The notes below the pieces were generated by a model. That model was not told where the DNA came from. It did no database searches and saw nothing but the letters and a program-made list of their open reading frames with translations. The position numbers and the translations under genes are program-made. A DNA stretch of 64,000 bases from Camelus ferus (Eukaryota): assembly GCF_009834535.1 (NCBI RefSeq), contig NC_045696.1:75580001-75644000 (forward strand). Reading direction: 5' to 3'. Within the stretch, counting starts at the first letter, position 1. The number at the start of each line of letters is the position of its first letter. Positions 51,556-64,000 of this stretch are shown here, piece after piece.

Positions 51556-52709
51556 CCAACGTAACACTTGCTTAGTATCATAAAGAATTTTAATGTTTAA
51601 AAATTGTGATTATAGAATTATCATTCTGCGATTAACAATTAAAAAGAAAGTAATGATTAAAAGTGCATAATAGTTAAGAATATCTTAACTGATAGCTCTT
51701 ACTACTATTAATGATCACATTCCTGACTTTGAGCAAATTCTATAGATCTAAAAAATAAAATATAGATCTTAAAAATATTCCACGTAGATTAATTCCAATT
51801 ATTTGTCCCTGGTAAATATTTTTTCTTCTTGCATTCCAATCCTTCAAAAGATGGAAAAACAACCCGTTTATTACTTCCCTGGCTAGATTCCTCATGGTCT
51901 AGTCATCTTTCTTACAATCACCTAAGGCCATGATCCTGGATTAAGAGATTTCTTTCCAATAAACTTCAAAAACAGTTTTCAAATCCTGTCAAATTCCTTT
52001 GGAATTTGTTTTTGAGTTGACTGCTCTGTTCCATGTTTAATGAAAAAAGCAAATGTATCATGATCAAAATGTGTCAAAGTCAACTAAAAAATCAACCCCA
52101 AAGCTAACCTTGAAAAAAATATATTATTATTTGAAGAACTGCCTGTGGTTAATTAAAAATAAAGTTATTTTCCATGAAATATTCTAGTAATCAATTGGTA
52201 TTTAACAAAAGATACATTTTAAAGTGGAAAAAAAAGCTGTACTTTATTGTATCTCAACTTAGCAGTGAAACTTTTAAATGAACGTTTAATATGCTGGTTG
52301 CAAAATAAAACATCATGTTTCAATTGTACATTTAAAAACAAAAGAAAAAAAGAACAGCCTGGAAACATATAAGAGAAAAGACAAAGCATTTATTAGTGAG
52401 GCATTTTATGCAGTACTGACTTTAGACCAAAGAATAAACTCCATCATTAAATGAATATAATAAATACTGGTTTCCACATCCAGGAATATGCTCAATTGGT
52501 GAGTTTTAAGGAAAACAAGGAATAAACTCAATTCCTACCTAAGCCTACATTGCTCTGTTCCATGAACTATTTTTTTTTAAATAATGTTACTTTCCTGAAA
52601 AAAATAATACTCAATATACAAAACTTGGAAATAGAAAAAATAAAAAAGAAAACAAGTATTATCACATCAATTCCCTTATTAATTTTTTGTTTTTTCCAGT
52701 CATTATGTA

Positions 52710-52737
52710 ATATATATATATATATATTTATTACAAA

Positions 52738-52782
<45 letters not shown>
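52710..52782. repeat. (TA)n and (CA)n microsatellites
   Basis: Read directly. Confidence 0.95.
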
Positions 52783-52783
<1 letters not shown>

Positions 52784-52799
52784 CTTTGTTCATAATACA

Positions 52800-53185
52800 C
52801 TGAACTGATAGAACTACCAGTCAAGTTTCCCTAGCCAGGTGATTATATCAACTATTGATATAGTTGAGTCAAACTATATCAATCTGACTCTTTCCTGACA
52901 CTATGAATACAGGAAGAAAAAAAAAAGAGCCATATAGTGGTAAGCAGATGTGACTGACAATTAGCTCCCAATCCCTGGGTCCCCAAAACTGCCTCTTCTG
53001 AGTCTGATTCTTTAGCTTTCCTTTGGCTACCCCTCCCCTTCCTCCTTCTCCACCTGCTTCTCTTCCCTCTCTTCCTCTTCCTTCTCCTTCCCCTCCTCTG
53101 CTCTCTCTTTCCCATCATAATCTTTGGCTTAAATTAGCTAACATTTGCTTCTGTTGCTTGCAACCAAAGAAACAGAACTCATACC
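52800..53185 (+). mobile_element. Old MaLR LTR (MLT1K/L-like) with an internal pyrimidine tract
   Basis: 3' end 'ggcttaaattagct...ttctgttgcttgcaaccaaaga...actcatac'; the 5' boundary is uncertain. Confidence 0.6.
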
Positions 53186-55199
53186 TATGCTATATTGTAT
53201 CCTATTTTTGTTATTATTATGTCATCATATAACACATCAGTGAATTTTTTTTTATATAGATCCATGTCAGTATATCTAATTATTTTCTAAGGATACATCC
53301 TGAGGTAAAATTACTGGATTAAACATTATAGACTTGCTAAGAGTCTTGCTCTTCAAAAAAAAATGTCAATTACACTTTAATCAAGATTGTATTTATATAT
53401 ATTTCTCATGTTATTACATTATTATGATTTAAAGATATTTTGCTAATTCAATAGGGAAAATTGTATCTTTCTATTTGATTTTGTGTATTTGTTTTACTCT
53501 GAATGGATACACTCATTTTATCCTTACACTGAGTCTGAGCTACAGCAGGGAACGACTTAGATAATTTTGTCTTCAACTGGCAGTGTGATCCAGTGGTTTA
53601 TAAATCATTTAGGTTATAAAAAGTTTAAAATACAATTGAGTGTTGCATTTTGAATTCATTTAGCCTTATGCATTTATCTAGATTTGGAATTCTTACTATA
53701 TAAACACTTTATGTGTTTCATCTTTTTATTCATATGATGAGAATGCTTATATTCATTTCTTACATCTCTTTAAAAAGGCTTAGTTAAGTTCAGTGAAAAA
53801 AAAAATGCCTTGAATTCTTTGGAGAAATGTCTTAATATTACTTTGTGTAACCAACTTGCTTTAAGAGTTACTTCTACAATTTAGTACCCTTGACCTAGCA
53901 TACAAATTTTTAAAAATATAATGCAATCATATTAAGGTATGACTCAGAAACCCAGAAACATGTTTTTTCTATTTCTTATGTATTTTAGTTTATTTGTTTC
54001 TGGTTGTTATGCTATGAAAAATATACTACAAATAAGATATCTACTTAAAGGCATATGTGATTGAGGTATTTGTTAGACTGTGGTCAGTAAACATTACACA
54101 GCAGAGAGTAATTTTAAATGTAGTCATCTTAAATTCAGTCAGTTTTTAATATCAGCAGAGTTCCCAAATTTAATTTACTAAATAACTAGTGGGGGTAAAG
54201 AAAATTCCATTCACAAAATGAATTACAAGATAGTTTTAGAACCAATTTTCTTACTGGCATTTACAGACGGTGACTATAGTCAGATATAAAAGAAAAGGGG
54301 GACCTACAAAAATCTAAAGAAAAAATATAAAGAAATTGAGATTAAGTGAAAGATAATCCCAGGTGCAAATATACACACAGACACATATCCACATGAGTTA
54401 CTTGTGTGTAGAATGGAGATAGATTTATGAATAGGTGACATTCGTTGGCACAATGATTTCTGCTCAAAATTGTGAGGATTGAGCAAGTTAAACCCCACCT
54501 ATCTGAGCTTATACTTTGCTCTGGGGCTCAGCTCAGGCAGTTCTATCCCCAGGAACCCTCCTGTTTTCTTAAACCTCAATTCACCTCCCCCTTAAGTCAT
54601 AACTCTTCATTTAAGACTTTGTTCTATATCTTTCCAATGCCTACTCCCTACTGGATGGGCAGCAAAAGCCCCTGTCCCAGACATGTGTCCCACCCTCCCC
54701 CAGCCAGATGACTAGCCTTCTGCTGCATGCTTGTCACAAGTGCAGTGTTCTACCCTCCTATCTGAAAGGTCTTCTGAGAATAGTATTGCCAGTTAAAGGT
54801 TCCATTGATTCTCCCTATCCACATGCAGGGAAGCCATTTTGCTTGAGTTTTTGTTGTTCACTTTTTCATGTCAACTTTCAGGATGACTTTTGTCTAATAG
54901 CAATTGCAAGCAATTTACATGTCAATACTTTGGACAGATCCAGTGCCTTCCTCTTATTGCACTGAAGAGGTGTGACTTAGAACTACTTCCACTTACTCCA
55001 TGCAGCAGCAAAGATGGACCAAATAGCTTGCTGAAATGTGGTATGGAAAAAAAGTTATAAGCCTCTGGCTTTCATAATAGTCATAAGAAGAACTGATTTT
55101 CTAAACTGAGTAGTTTACAAAACTACAATAACTGTTTCTCTACATGTGGCAAGACAGTAATTTCAACTTCCTTGCAAACTGCTTATCATAGCATGTAGG

Positions 55200-55237
55200 C
55201 AGACAGACAGATGGACAAATAGACAGATAGATAGATA
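55200..55237. repeat. (GACA)/(GATA)n repeat
   Basis: Read directly. Confidence 0.85.
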
Positions 55238-55549
55238 TGGAGTAATTAAGAGTATTGGTACCTCTGACTTCCCATCAGTTTTGTCCATTTCCTATTCTTC
55301 AGTGATGGGATGTAAGATATCTTTACAATGACTCAAACATTTTTGTAACCATCCTAGCACCGACAAAGGTCAAAAGCAATGATCAGTGTGCTTTGAGTTT
55401 TCTTTAGTTACAGGTTGTTTTTTCCACTATTGTACACAAACTGTACAAACACAGACATGCATTCAAAGGGGCAAAATTATTTGAAAGTCTGCTTGGAAAT
55501 ATTTTTAACTTTATGTGAAATATAAAGCTGGTAGCATGGTGACTCCCAA

Positions 55550-55710
55550 CAACTAGATTTGGGTCAAAATACATGAGTTGTCCTAACATCACTGCTAACC
55601 AGTACTGTGATCTTAGCTGGGTCATTCACTCGTGAACCTCAGTTTTCTTCTTTATAAAATGAAAGCGTTGATCTTAAAATGATCTTACAACCAATTTTGA
55701 CATTTTGTGA
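55550..55710 (+). mobile_element. MIR/MIR3 SINE
   Basis: 'catgagttgtcct...cactgctaaccagtactgtgatctt...aacctcagttttcttctttataaaatg'. Confidence 0.65.
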
Positions 55711-56579
55711 TTTTTACTAAAAGGTTATTTTAGGATTTTTAAGTCAATTATTTTGAACAGTATTAATAACTTGGGGTATATTTTTAAAATTTTGTCTCTT
55801 TTGTACATGTCATTTTGTGATTTGTGTTAACTGTACTCTGCTTTCCCTGAATGTAATCTTTGGTGTAGAGTTGGTGTTGTCCATTATTCAAAAAAGAAGT
55901 TTTAAATTTAAATTTGACTTTTTAAAACATGTTATCAATTAGAATTTCACTATGCTACATAATATTTCCAACAGATGTTTTATAAAATATAGTACCATAA
56001 TTAATGGATATTCAGACACATATAGTAAAAATCTTGCAAAAATTCTTAGTGACAACTTTGAAAAAAATTAGAATGTTTATATGAAGCAATACAAATTAGC
56101 ACGAATTCTTTGTTCCAAACACTACAGAAAGAAATAAAAGACCCTCACTGTGCCTTTCTAGTATGTATATAAACTGTATCACAAGCTGATGTCTTTAAGG
56201 TAAACAGAAAAGTATATGATGTCACTAGCATCTGTACTTCAAACACATTTCTTCCCAGCATTGGCAATGAAATTTTACCCTTCCATCCACATTCTCTGAG
56301 GCAATCTTTCTTATGACAGAGTTATGATCACAGATTGCGTACTGGGAACAGGGAAAAACACCATCATTTAAGAATGCAATCAAAGTCTTGACTTTGTAAG
56401 TGCATCATGTTCTAACCAATCTAGTTAAGTAGGTAGAGGAAAGCTCAGGCTAGAATCTACCCTCGACATTCACTATGGTACATCCTAAGGCCATCACAAA
56501 TTCCTAGATTTATAAACGCTATTATTATGCAATTTTCCCCACAAAAAGCAGTAAAATAAAACCAAAAATAAAGACATTA

Positions 56580-56855
56580 TTCTGCCCTCCTCTCTTTAAA
56601 CTGCCTAACTTCTGTTTATTCTTCATGTCTTAGCCTTCCCAGGGAGAAATTCTCCGGTCAATACCTAGGTGAGATCTCACAGCTCCCTGAAAATCATCTC
56701 TTACAATTACCATTATGCTTTGTTACTGATTTCTTACCCAGTGGCTGTCCCTTAGCTGCAGGGGCTGAGTCAGCATTGCTCAGCACTGCATCTCCCATGT
56801 CGAGTACAGCCCTTGTCTCAGAGGCACCTTATAGCTATCTTTTTGGAGAATGAAC
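56580..56855 (+). mobile_element. L2 3' fragment
   Basis: 'ttattcttcatgtcttagc...ctcagcactgcatctccca...tacagcccttgtctcagagg...gaatgaa'. Confidence 0.55.
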
Positions 56856-57159
56856 GGCTCAAAGTATGTATTTGATCTATTGAGATCCTTATGAAATTAG
56901 CAGTAAGCAATAAAAAATACACTATGAAGTTGAGACATAGCTGCTGGGCAGTTAGCTAGGTCCACTCACTAGTAGCCAACTCACATCTGAGCATGGTCTT
57001 AGCACACACAGGGTTTTCAAGGTTTTAACCAGAATATTTATAAATGTGTACAAATTGTGTTTTTTTCCTCGAGGGCCTGCGAGTAGTTAAACAGTGATGG
57101 TTATATGCCAGGGTTCACCAACCTATTATACAATAAGTAGGTTTGTTTCCTTTGCTAGT

Positions 57160-57290
57160 TCCATGGTCAGGAACAAGTTGTTCAGCCTTTATAAAGCTCA
57201 GTTTCCTCATCTGCAAAATGGATATCATAATGCCTTTCATATTTAAGTCACATGCGTTGTTCTTGAGAATTGGGTGAATTGATTAGCAGG
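57160..57290 (+). mobile_element. MIR SINE fragment
   Basis: 'ctcagtttcctcatctgcaaaatggatatcataatgcct'. Confidence 0.75.
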
Positions 57291-58769
57291 AAAGGTTCTT
57301 AAGGATGACTCTGCAACTGTACTGGGTTTGCACAGACTGAGTGATGCCATAGTTATTTCAAAGAGAATTGCGAGCTACAATGGTGTCCGGTTGAGGAACG
57401 ATACAACAAGCATCTGTTATTTCATAGCTATTTGATACCAGTTTTCAACAAACTCCTGGTGATTGCAATCAATGGATCTACAAAAAGACATTTGCCTCAG
57501 AACATGTGATGCAGCTTTACCTGGCTGAGAGCCACCATGAGAAGCAGAATTTGTCACAGGCTTGTATATCCAAAGGTTCTGAAGGGAGGAAAAATCCCTT
57601 TAGAAACACAATAATACTGCTCATATTAAAAATTGTGATGTCTCCCATGGTGTCAATTTTAACTGAGCACAATTCTTTTTAAAAATTCTTTGAACATTTA
57701 TGCAATTAATTCAAATGCAAAAATCAATTAACCGTATATCTCATAATCAAATCAGTTTCAAGTGAGTGCCCCAAATTTCAAGAGGACTTTGAAAGTACAA
57801 CCAAAGTGAAATGGAACAAATGAAATTTTTGGTGCTAGCATAAAAAATGTTTTCATTAATTTTTTTCAGCCCTGAATATGGCTGCACAATATTATGTAAC
57901 TTACTGAATATGTCAAGGTTGCACTCATTATGCTATTTTAACATACTAGGATCATTGTATCTTGGTATGTATCAAAGGTAGGGGATTTTGGAGAAAGATA
58001 TCAAGAAGCCTTGGTTCCCATAGGTATTTAAGTCAGATAGACTTACATTTAAATGCCTCTTAAAATTAGCTGTGGGTCTTAGGTAAATTAATTAAACCCA
58101 TCAGGTTTAGAGTTGTTTTGAGGAAGATGCCAGGCATGGGGTCTGCAATGAGTGTTTACCACACCAGCAGGGGCTCTTGTTGTTAATTGTGTGTACTCTG
58201 GGCACCCCCATGCCCTGGCCTCATACACCCAGTTGTGGGCTAGACAGAGGCTACTGCCTTGTCTGAAACAAGCACATAGGCAATGCAACTGCTTATTGTC
58301 ATAATGACCTTTTAATAATAGATGTTGCCTTTAATATAATATTGTTTCCCTGCTGTGGAGTGTGACCCAGTGACAGCTGAGGTGCTAAGCCAACCGAATG
58401 CCTAGGTCAAGGATACCAGGTTGTGTGTGTGATTTCAGAAGCCCTGGAAATGTCCCTTCCCCATGGATAATCATCGATGCTTTTCCCTACCTCATCTGTT
58501 AATATTTAGAACTAAACTGATTATTTCCAAGCACTTCTTTTTCTTGAGAATGCACATATCCTGAGAGGGATCCCTGGAGAAATTTATCAGTACAGATAAA
58601 GAATTTTTGAGGAGGTTTTGGTGGGAGTATGGGAAGTAAGGCAGAGGGTTACAGGCATTTGGGCTGGAAGAAGAGATCTTGCCTGAGGGAGTCCTAGGGT
58701 ACAACACAGGAGGCTAGATCGGCAATGAAAATTTATTCACTTTTTAAACAAATATAAATTAATGTCTAT

Positions 58770-58945
58770 TGTTAATAGCTCCACAATTTCTTGGCCATGT
58801 GACTTGATTCAAAAAATTATCCTCTTTGTGTATTAGTTTCCAAATCTTAAAATGGGAATAATATTACCTATTCCATAGGTGGTTGTAAGAATTAAATGAA
58901 TTAATAGGTGTAAGATGATTAGAATAGTGCCTGGCACATAGTAAG
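58770..58945 (+). mobile_element. MIR SINE
   Basis: 'aaaatgggaataatattaccta...ggttgtaagaattaaatga...agaatagtgcctggcacatagtaag'. Confidence 0.85.
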
Positions 58946-59814
58946 GATGAGGACAATTGCACATTTTTAAAGTAGCACAATCAAATTTTTTTTTTTTAGA
59001 AAGGATAATTTTAACAATTGTTAAGTCCTCAAAGCACCCCCATTAAGAACTGTTTGCACATCGAAATTGTTGGGTAAACAGGTAAAGTTTTGTTTATATT
59101 TAATCTTTGGTTCCCAAGACTCATTACTTTTGTAAACTACTTTTAACACATGTTAGTTGGTAATAGTCCTCATCAGTTCACTAAAATGAGTGACATCTTG
59201 GAGATAAGATTTTTAATAGACAACATCTACTAATTTAGTGATCTTTGTCAGGCATTAGCTAGTTACCAGAATGTACCCAGCTATGCACAATTTGGTATTT
59301 TAAAAATGCATTTATTTTGGTATTTGATACAGTTAAGCAGCTGCCACATTCTTATCCAAATATACTGGAGTGATTCCTCTGTTTTTGTTGGGAAGTATTT
59401 TGCAATTTATAACGATGAAAAGTCATTAACAAGGCTTTTTAAGTGGTGGGATGTGCAAAATGCTCTCTTAAATGGAAAGATCAATGTTCATTGCTGCAAA
59501 ACCCTAAAAATTAAGTTATCAGAAAGCAAGATAGCAAAATTAGTCTGTAGTTAGATACTTATCACTCGGAAAGAGCAAGCGGACAGTGCAGCAGAAGCTG
59601 GTGCCTATTTCCTCCTTTATCTCACAGCTCCCTAACAATGAACCAGGAAAATTCAAAACTAAACTAGTTTGACCATGGTAATTTCCACCATTCAAGCAGA
59701 ACAGAAGGGTACATACTGAGGGATGAAACAACCAGGTAAATGCTGTTGGAATTATATATATTTTAAATTCTGTTTTCTGTTGGCTCTAGTAATTTATTTG
59801 GCTTTTCAGTTTTT

Positions 59815-60450
59815 TTTATTCATTCACTCATTTTTTTTCATCTATTCATTCATTCCTTTATTTGTTCACTCAATCATCTGTAATAAAACATTTATTGAAC
59901 CAGGAGCTCTATGTGGTAATGAGAATAACAATACCTCTTCACATCAAGAGAGGTCACACGGTTCCTGCTCTGAAAGAGTCACTTAGTAGACAGACTCATA
60001 ATCAAAAAATAACACAAAGAAAAGAGATATAATCTCTAATCATATCCATCAAAAAAGAGAGATGGGGAAATTCCATAAGATTTCAGAGGAGGGATGTGAA
60101 TTTAGGATGGATTTGTAGGAAAGGTGATGTTTCTACTGGTATCTTAGAAATGTATATGGTTCAAACATGTGGATATGGCATAATAATGGAAAACGAGATT
60201 CTGGGAAAACGTAAACACAGTGATCACATCCACAGAGGTCTTAAGTTAACCTGTGTATAAAGTGAGAAGCTCATTTTGAGTGACATTGGTGTACATGAAA
60301 GATGTGGCAAGAATAGAAGTGGGAAGCCCAATGGGACAAAGCTATGGGCAGACTTGAATGTCCAGGTAAGAATTGGGATGCTTTTCCATATGCTATGGAG
60401 AGTCCTACAGCCATTTAAACCAGAGGAGTGGAGCGATCTAAATTGAGCCT
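59815..60450 (-). mobile_element. L2 3' end with (TTCA)n tail
   Basis: 'attcattcactca...aaacatttattgaac...cttgaatgtccaggtaagaattggg...tatggagagtcc'. Confidence 0.65.
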
Positions 60451-60849
60451 AATTTTCTTCCAAAAGTCATTCACCTATAATTGTATTTTCTTTAAAGCCT
60501 ATTTCCTTGAATCTGCTTTATAAAGGTCTTTAGATTCATTCAATCAATATGCATTTAATAATGGGTAAAATAACTTTTTTTCTAATTTTGAATGAGTTTA
60601 AAGTTATTCTCAGAAGGACTTGGTTGTGTTTACAGCACACAAAGAGCTAGTGAGTCAGCAAATACATATTACCAAGTCAAGAACTGTAATTTGGTCAACA
60701 TTGTTTCACTTAAAGTTAACTCAATTTCTTTTAATGATGGGAAAATAGGAATCACAAATTTATCCACCTAATAAATTGTAATGTGTTTTCAAGCAGTACA
60801 AGGTAGGCAGAATGAAAAAAAGTAGATGGTTCTTTATAGATGATAATAC

Positions 60850-61090
60850 ATAATAAGAAGCATTTATCAAGTGCATTCGATACTCTAGTCCTCTGAGAAA
60901 AGCCTTACTTATGTTGATACTGATTTTCATGGTAATCCTATCAGGTCGTATTACTACTGCTGTTCCAGGTGAGCAAACAGAATCCCAAGAGGCTAAGTGA
61001 TTCACCCAGTTCTCATTGCTGATAAGTGAGTGGCAGACCGGGATCAACACCCCTAAGCATCTGATTTCAAAGATAATACTTTAGTCACTT
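60850..61090 (-). mobile_element. MIR SINE
   Basis: 'agcatttatcaagtgc...caggtgagcaaacagaatcccaagaggctaagtgattcaccc...taagtgagtggcagaccgggatcaac'. Confidence 0.8.
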
Positions 61091-62125
61091 CAATCAGCTT
61101 CACAGCTAATCTTTGCAATATTTTCTACTTTATATTTTCTGTGTAACACATACAGCCATTTTGATAGACACAGACTCTCTTAGAGAAGGCTGAATTCTGT
61201 CTAACAACCAAGTTCTTACCATTTTTTAAATGTTTGAATTCCATGTTTCAGGGTAAAAAAATTCATCTTTGCGTATAGCCATAGTCTGATTTTATTTTGA
61301 CTATTGTCACCTTGAATTTCTAATAAAAGAGAAGGCAGAAGTAACCACAAATTTATAATCTTTGAGAGATGTCAGTATATATTTTAAAACCACCTTACTT
61401 GATGTTACAAGGAACTTCAGATTGGGTTTGAAAAATATATATTGTTATGCCCTGTGGCATTTTCTGACCTGTCATGATGCCACTCAGCTTCAGAATAACT
61501 ATTCATAGATGTTAAGAATATATTTGAGAATAAAGAGGCCATTTTGGAAATGTGTGGAGGTTAATATTATGCACACGAAACTGTGTGCTTTCAGCTTTCT
61601 CACACCCTGTCAAATCTGAGCAATTATTCTACCAACTCGCTGCCTGTCCCCGCCCCCACATCATTTCCTTAAATTGCTATGGAAATTAAATCGTGAGAGA
61701 CACTCTTCTTGCAAAGACGCTTCTGCTTCTTGCAAACAGAATCCTCTCTGTTTTGCTCTAGCCAATTTGGAATGAAAAATCAGCCCACATTTCCATGGAA
61801 CTTAGAAAGGCCTAGGCCAGATCTAAAAGGCATAATTTGCCTGACATCCGTGTTCCAGCATCATGTTGCATCAAAACAATCCGTGATGCTCAGATGAAAG
61901 TAAGCATCCTGTTGTATTAACTGAAGCATTTAACAAAATAATGGCAGTCACTTTCTATTCTCACATGCATAGAATCACATCCCACACGAGCAGTTATGCT
62001 TGTAAAGTGTCCAACTCCCATTACGTTATTTCATGATCATTGATATATTAGATATATTTTTCTATCATTTTGTTTTCATTTTTTTCCAGTGAGTGTTTTG
62101 TATAGCACAGCTGAGAAGACCGGAG

Positions 62126-62155
62126 TTGTTGTTTTGTTTTGTTTTGTTTTGTTTT
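62126..62155. repeat. (GTTTT)n microsatellite
   Basis: Read directly. Confidence 0.9.
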
Positions 62156-63419
62156 AATAGTCTTTATTAAAAGAGACTAGATGTCTGATGAATGGAGGCA
62201 CGAGCTTATTGATAACTTGCAGGTGCTTTCCCTGTGCCACTCCTACTCACTGTCAGAATCGGGTGATTAGTCAGGCCTTCTTGGTGGTTACATAGTCAGC
62301 TGACAATGACTTAAAGTGTTGAAATGACCATTGGGAGCCAAACATCTGGGTAGACCACTTTTCATTGCTGAGTTTATAAGCAAGACATTGTTTTTAAAGT
62401 TTTGGAAACCCTTACACCTGCTCCTTTTATAGTCACTGGCAGCTGGACTCAGATGTCTAAATGCCCAGATACCTCCCTCATACAACTTCAGATCTTCTCT
62501 TTCTTTAAAAAAGACCCGGCTACTATAGGTGAGTTAGAACAAAGTAATTTATGACTTGAATATTAAAGGAAGGATGTCTGTGAAAGTAGAGATTGGGACC
62601 TTCAGACTCTATAGCTCCTTGGGATAAACATTTGTATTAAGGTGATATTAAGAGTGTTGCATGGTAGTGATATAGAGTAGTAGAAGGGCGTACTTTAGGA
62701 AGGTAACTGAATTCAGGTAAGTAAAACTGAGAGGATGTGATAAGGCAAATTTTCCTGATTGACTCTTCCAGAACAGTAACTACTGAGCATCCAGCAGATA
62801 CCCTGATTCTACCCAAAATCTTTGTCCTTTGGGGGAAGGTAGTGCAGCTCAGTGTTCTCTGAGGTCCTACTTAAAAGTTTCTGTCTTCAGCTATGACTGA
62901 AAAGTAACTTTCTTCATAATTGCAGTACAAAGAAAAGTAAAATTAGATAACAGATCCTTACCTTTGCAGCACAGATCACAAACAAATCATTTGACCCCAG
63001 TACTTTGGGTAGGTTGTTCCCTGTTAAATTATCAAATTCTGGCCTTATAAAGTTAGAGCAAGGTTTCATTAAGGATTCTCTCCTTCCCAGCTCAACTGGA
63101 CTCTCATAGTCTTAATTGTATCTGCTATTATGCCTTTTTGTACTTAAGTTTCTCTATTTTCTTAAACAAGGCATACCAAAAACAGTGCCTTTCAACATAC
63201 ACCTTTAGGTTCACCAAACTCAGTGAGTTGCAAAGAGAGATGTGTCTGACTGTGATAGTCAGTTTTATAGTTCACGCCCCTTTTTGTCTTGAAATCTTTC
63301 TCAGCTCTTCTATTCCAATTTTCCATGCCCCATCATAGACCTCTTATGGTTGCTTCTGTTTCTTCGTTATCTGTCAGGCTTTCAAAAGTCGTATGAAAAT
63401 AACTGCTCACTTTCAGTCT

Positions 63420-63776
63420 GGAAGACCAATACATGCTTTTATTACACCCCTGGCACTTTAGCAGTGGAGTTTTCAGAAGCCCCTGGAAAGACTTTTCCCA
63501 TCAAACACCCACTGTTGGGGAGCTGATGTGAATCCCGCACAGCCGAAGCTTCGGGCTAATTGAGTGCTCCAGGACTCGTCATGCTGGCGTCCATCCAGCA
63601 AGATGCTTATGGAGACTAATGATTTATTATTTCACATCCTGTTTCCTTAAATTGAAATTGGAAACAAATGTTGTTCATAGATTCTACCAATTTTTTGGTA
63701 ATTGCACATCGAGCAAGAGTCTTGTGGGAGGTTTCGTTCTTTCTGACAGTGTTTTCTGTTGATACTTCATGGTGAA
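63420..63776 (-). other. Candidate terminal exon of an unidentified transcript entering from the right
   Basis: Strong polypyrimidine acceptor ending '...ttcctcacacag' before 63776; open frame to a stop at 63616; AATAAA at 63443-63438. No recognised homology. Confidence 0.3.
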
Positions 63777-64000
63777 CTGTGTGAGGAAAAAGAAAAAAAT
63801 AATGAGGCTTATATTTTCTAATAGCTAGAACAAAGTCTTCTTGTAGCAACTTTGTAAAGACTTGAAGCACAACAGAATCATGAATGTAAGAGAGATAGTT
63901 GTTATTGGAAATGTTAGTAATGGAACTAGTTTCACACTAAACATTTATTAGTGAATATTAATGCCAGTTTTACATAATTTTTTCTCACATTTTCTTTGAT

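Noticed and set aside
51741..51777. Tandem duplication of tatagatct(a/t)aaaaata with 20-bp period
   Set aside because: Ordinary slippage duplication in AT-rich DNA
52879..53232. Arg/Lys-rich (protamine-like) and Pro-rich ORFs
   Set aside because: Translations of a CT-rich low-complexity tract
61845..61875. Tetraspanin-like VPASCC motif
   Set aside because: The obligatory upstream CCG motif is absent, so no tetraspanin call is made

Overview
AT-rich, CpG-depleted placental-mammal genomic DNA, either intergenic or deep intronic. I recognise no protein-coding gene, rRNA, tRNA, CRISPR array or CpG island. The repeat content is MIR, L2, L3/CR1, old and younger L1, MaLR/ERVL/ERV1 LTRs, and hAT-Charlie, hAT-Tip100 and Tigger DNA transposons. 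I saw no Alu, B1/B2, Bov-tA, PRE or CAN SINEs, and the young L1 3' ends look cetartiodactyl-type, which suggests a laurasiatherian, possibly a camelid (inference). Repeat family names come from recalled consensus motifs, not a database search, and most boundaries are approximate to tens of bp. Most of the longer tracked ORFs are explained by microsatellites or repeat remnants. The most interesting signals are: (1) retrotransposition footprints, namely a probable L1 3' transduction, a tiny twin-priming inversion with a perfect 15-bp TSD, four L1 3' fragments truncated at nearly the same point, and a tail-to-tail L1 deletion junction; (2) a MER45-like element nested in a Charlie1-like element with its TSD; (3) a solo LTR followed by a strong-Kozak ORF; (4) several splice-signal-bounded candidate exons of unknown transcripts; (5) transcription-factor motif clusters in unique DNA. 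I could not establish a new biological system from sequence alone.
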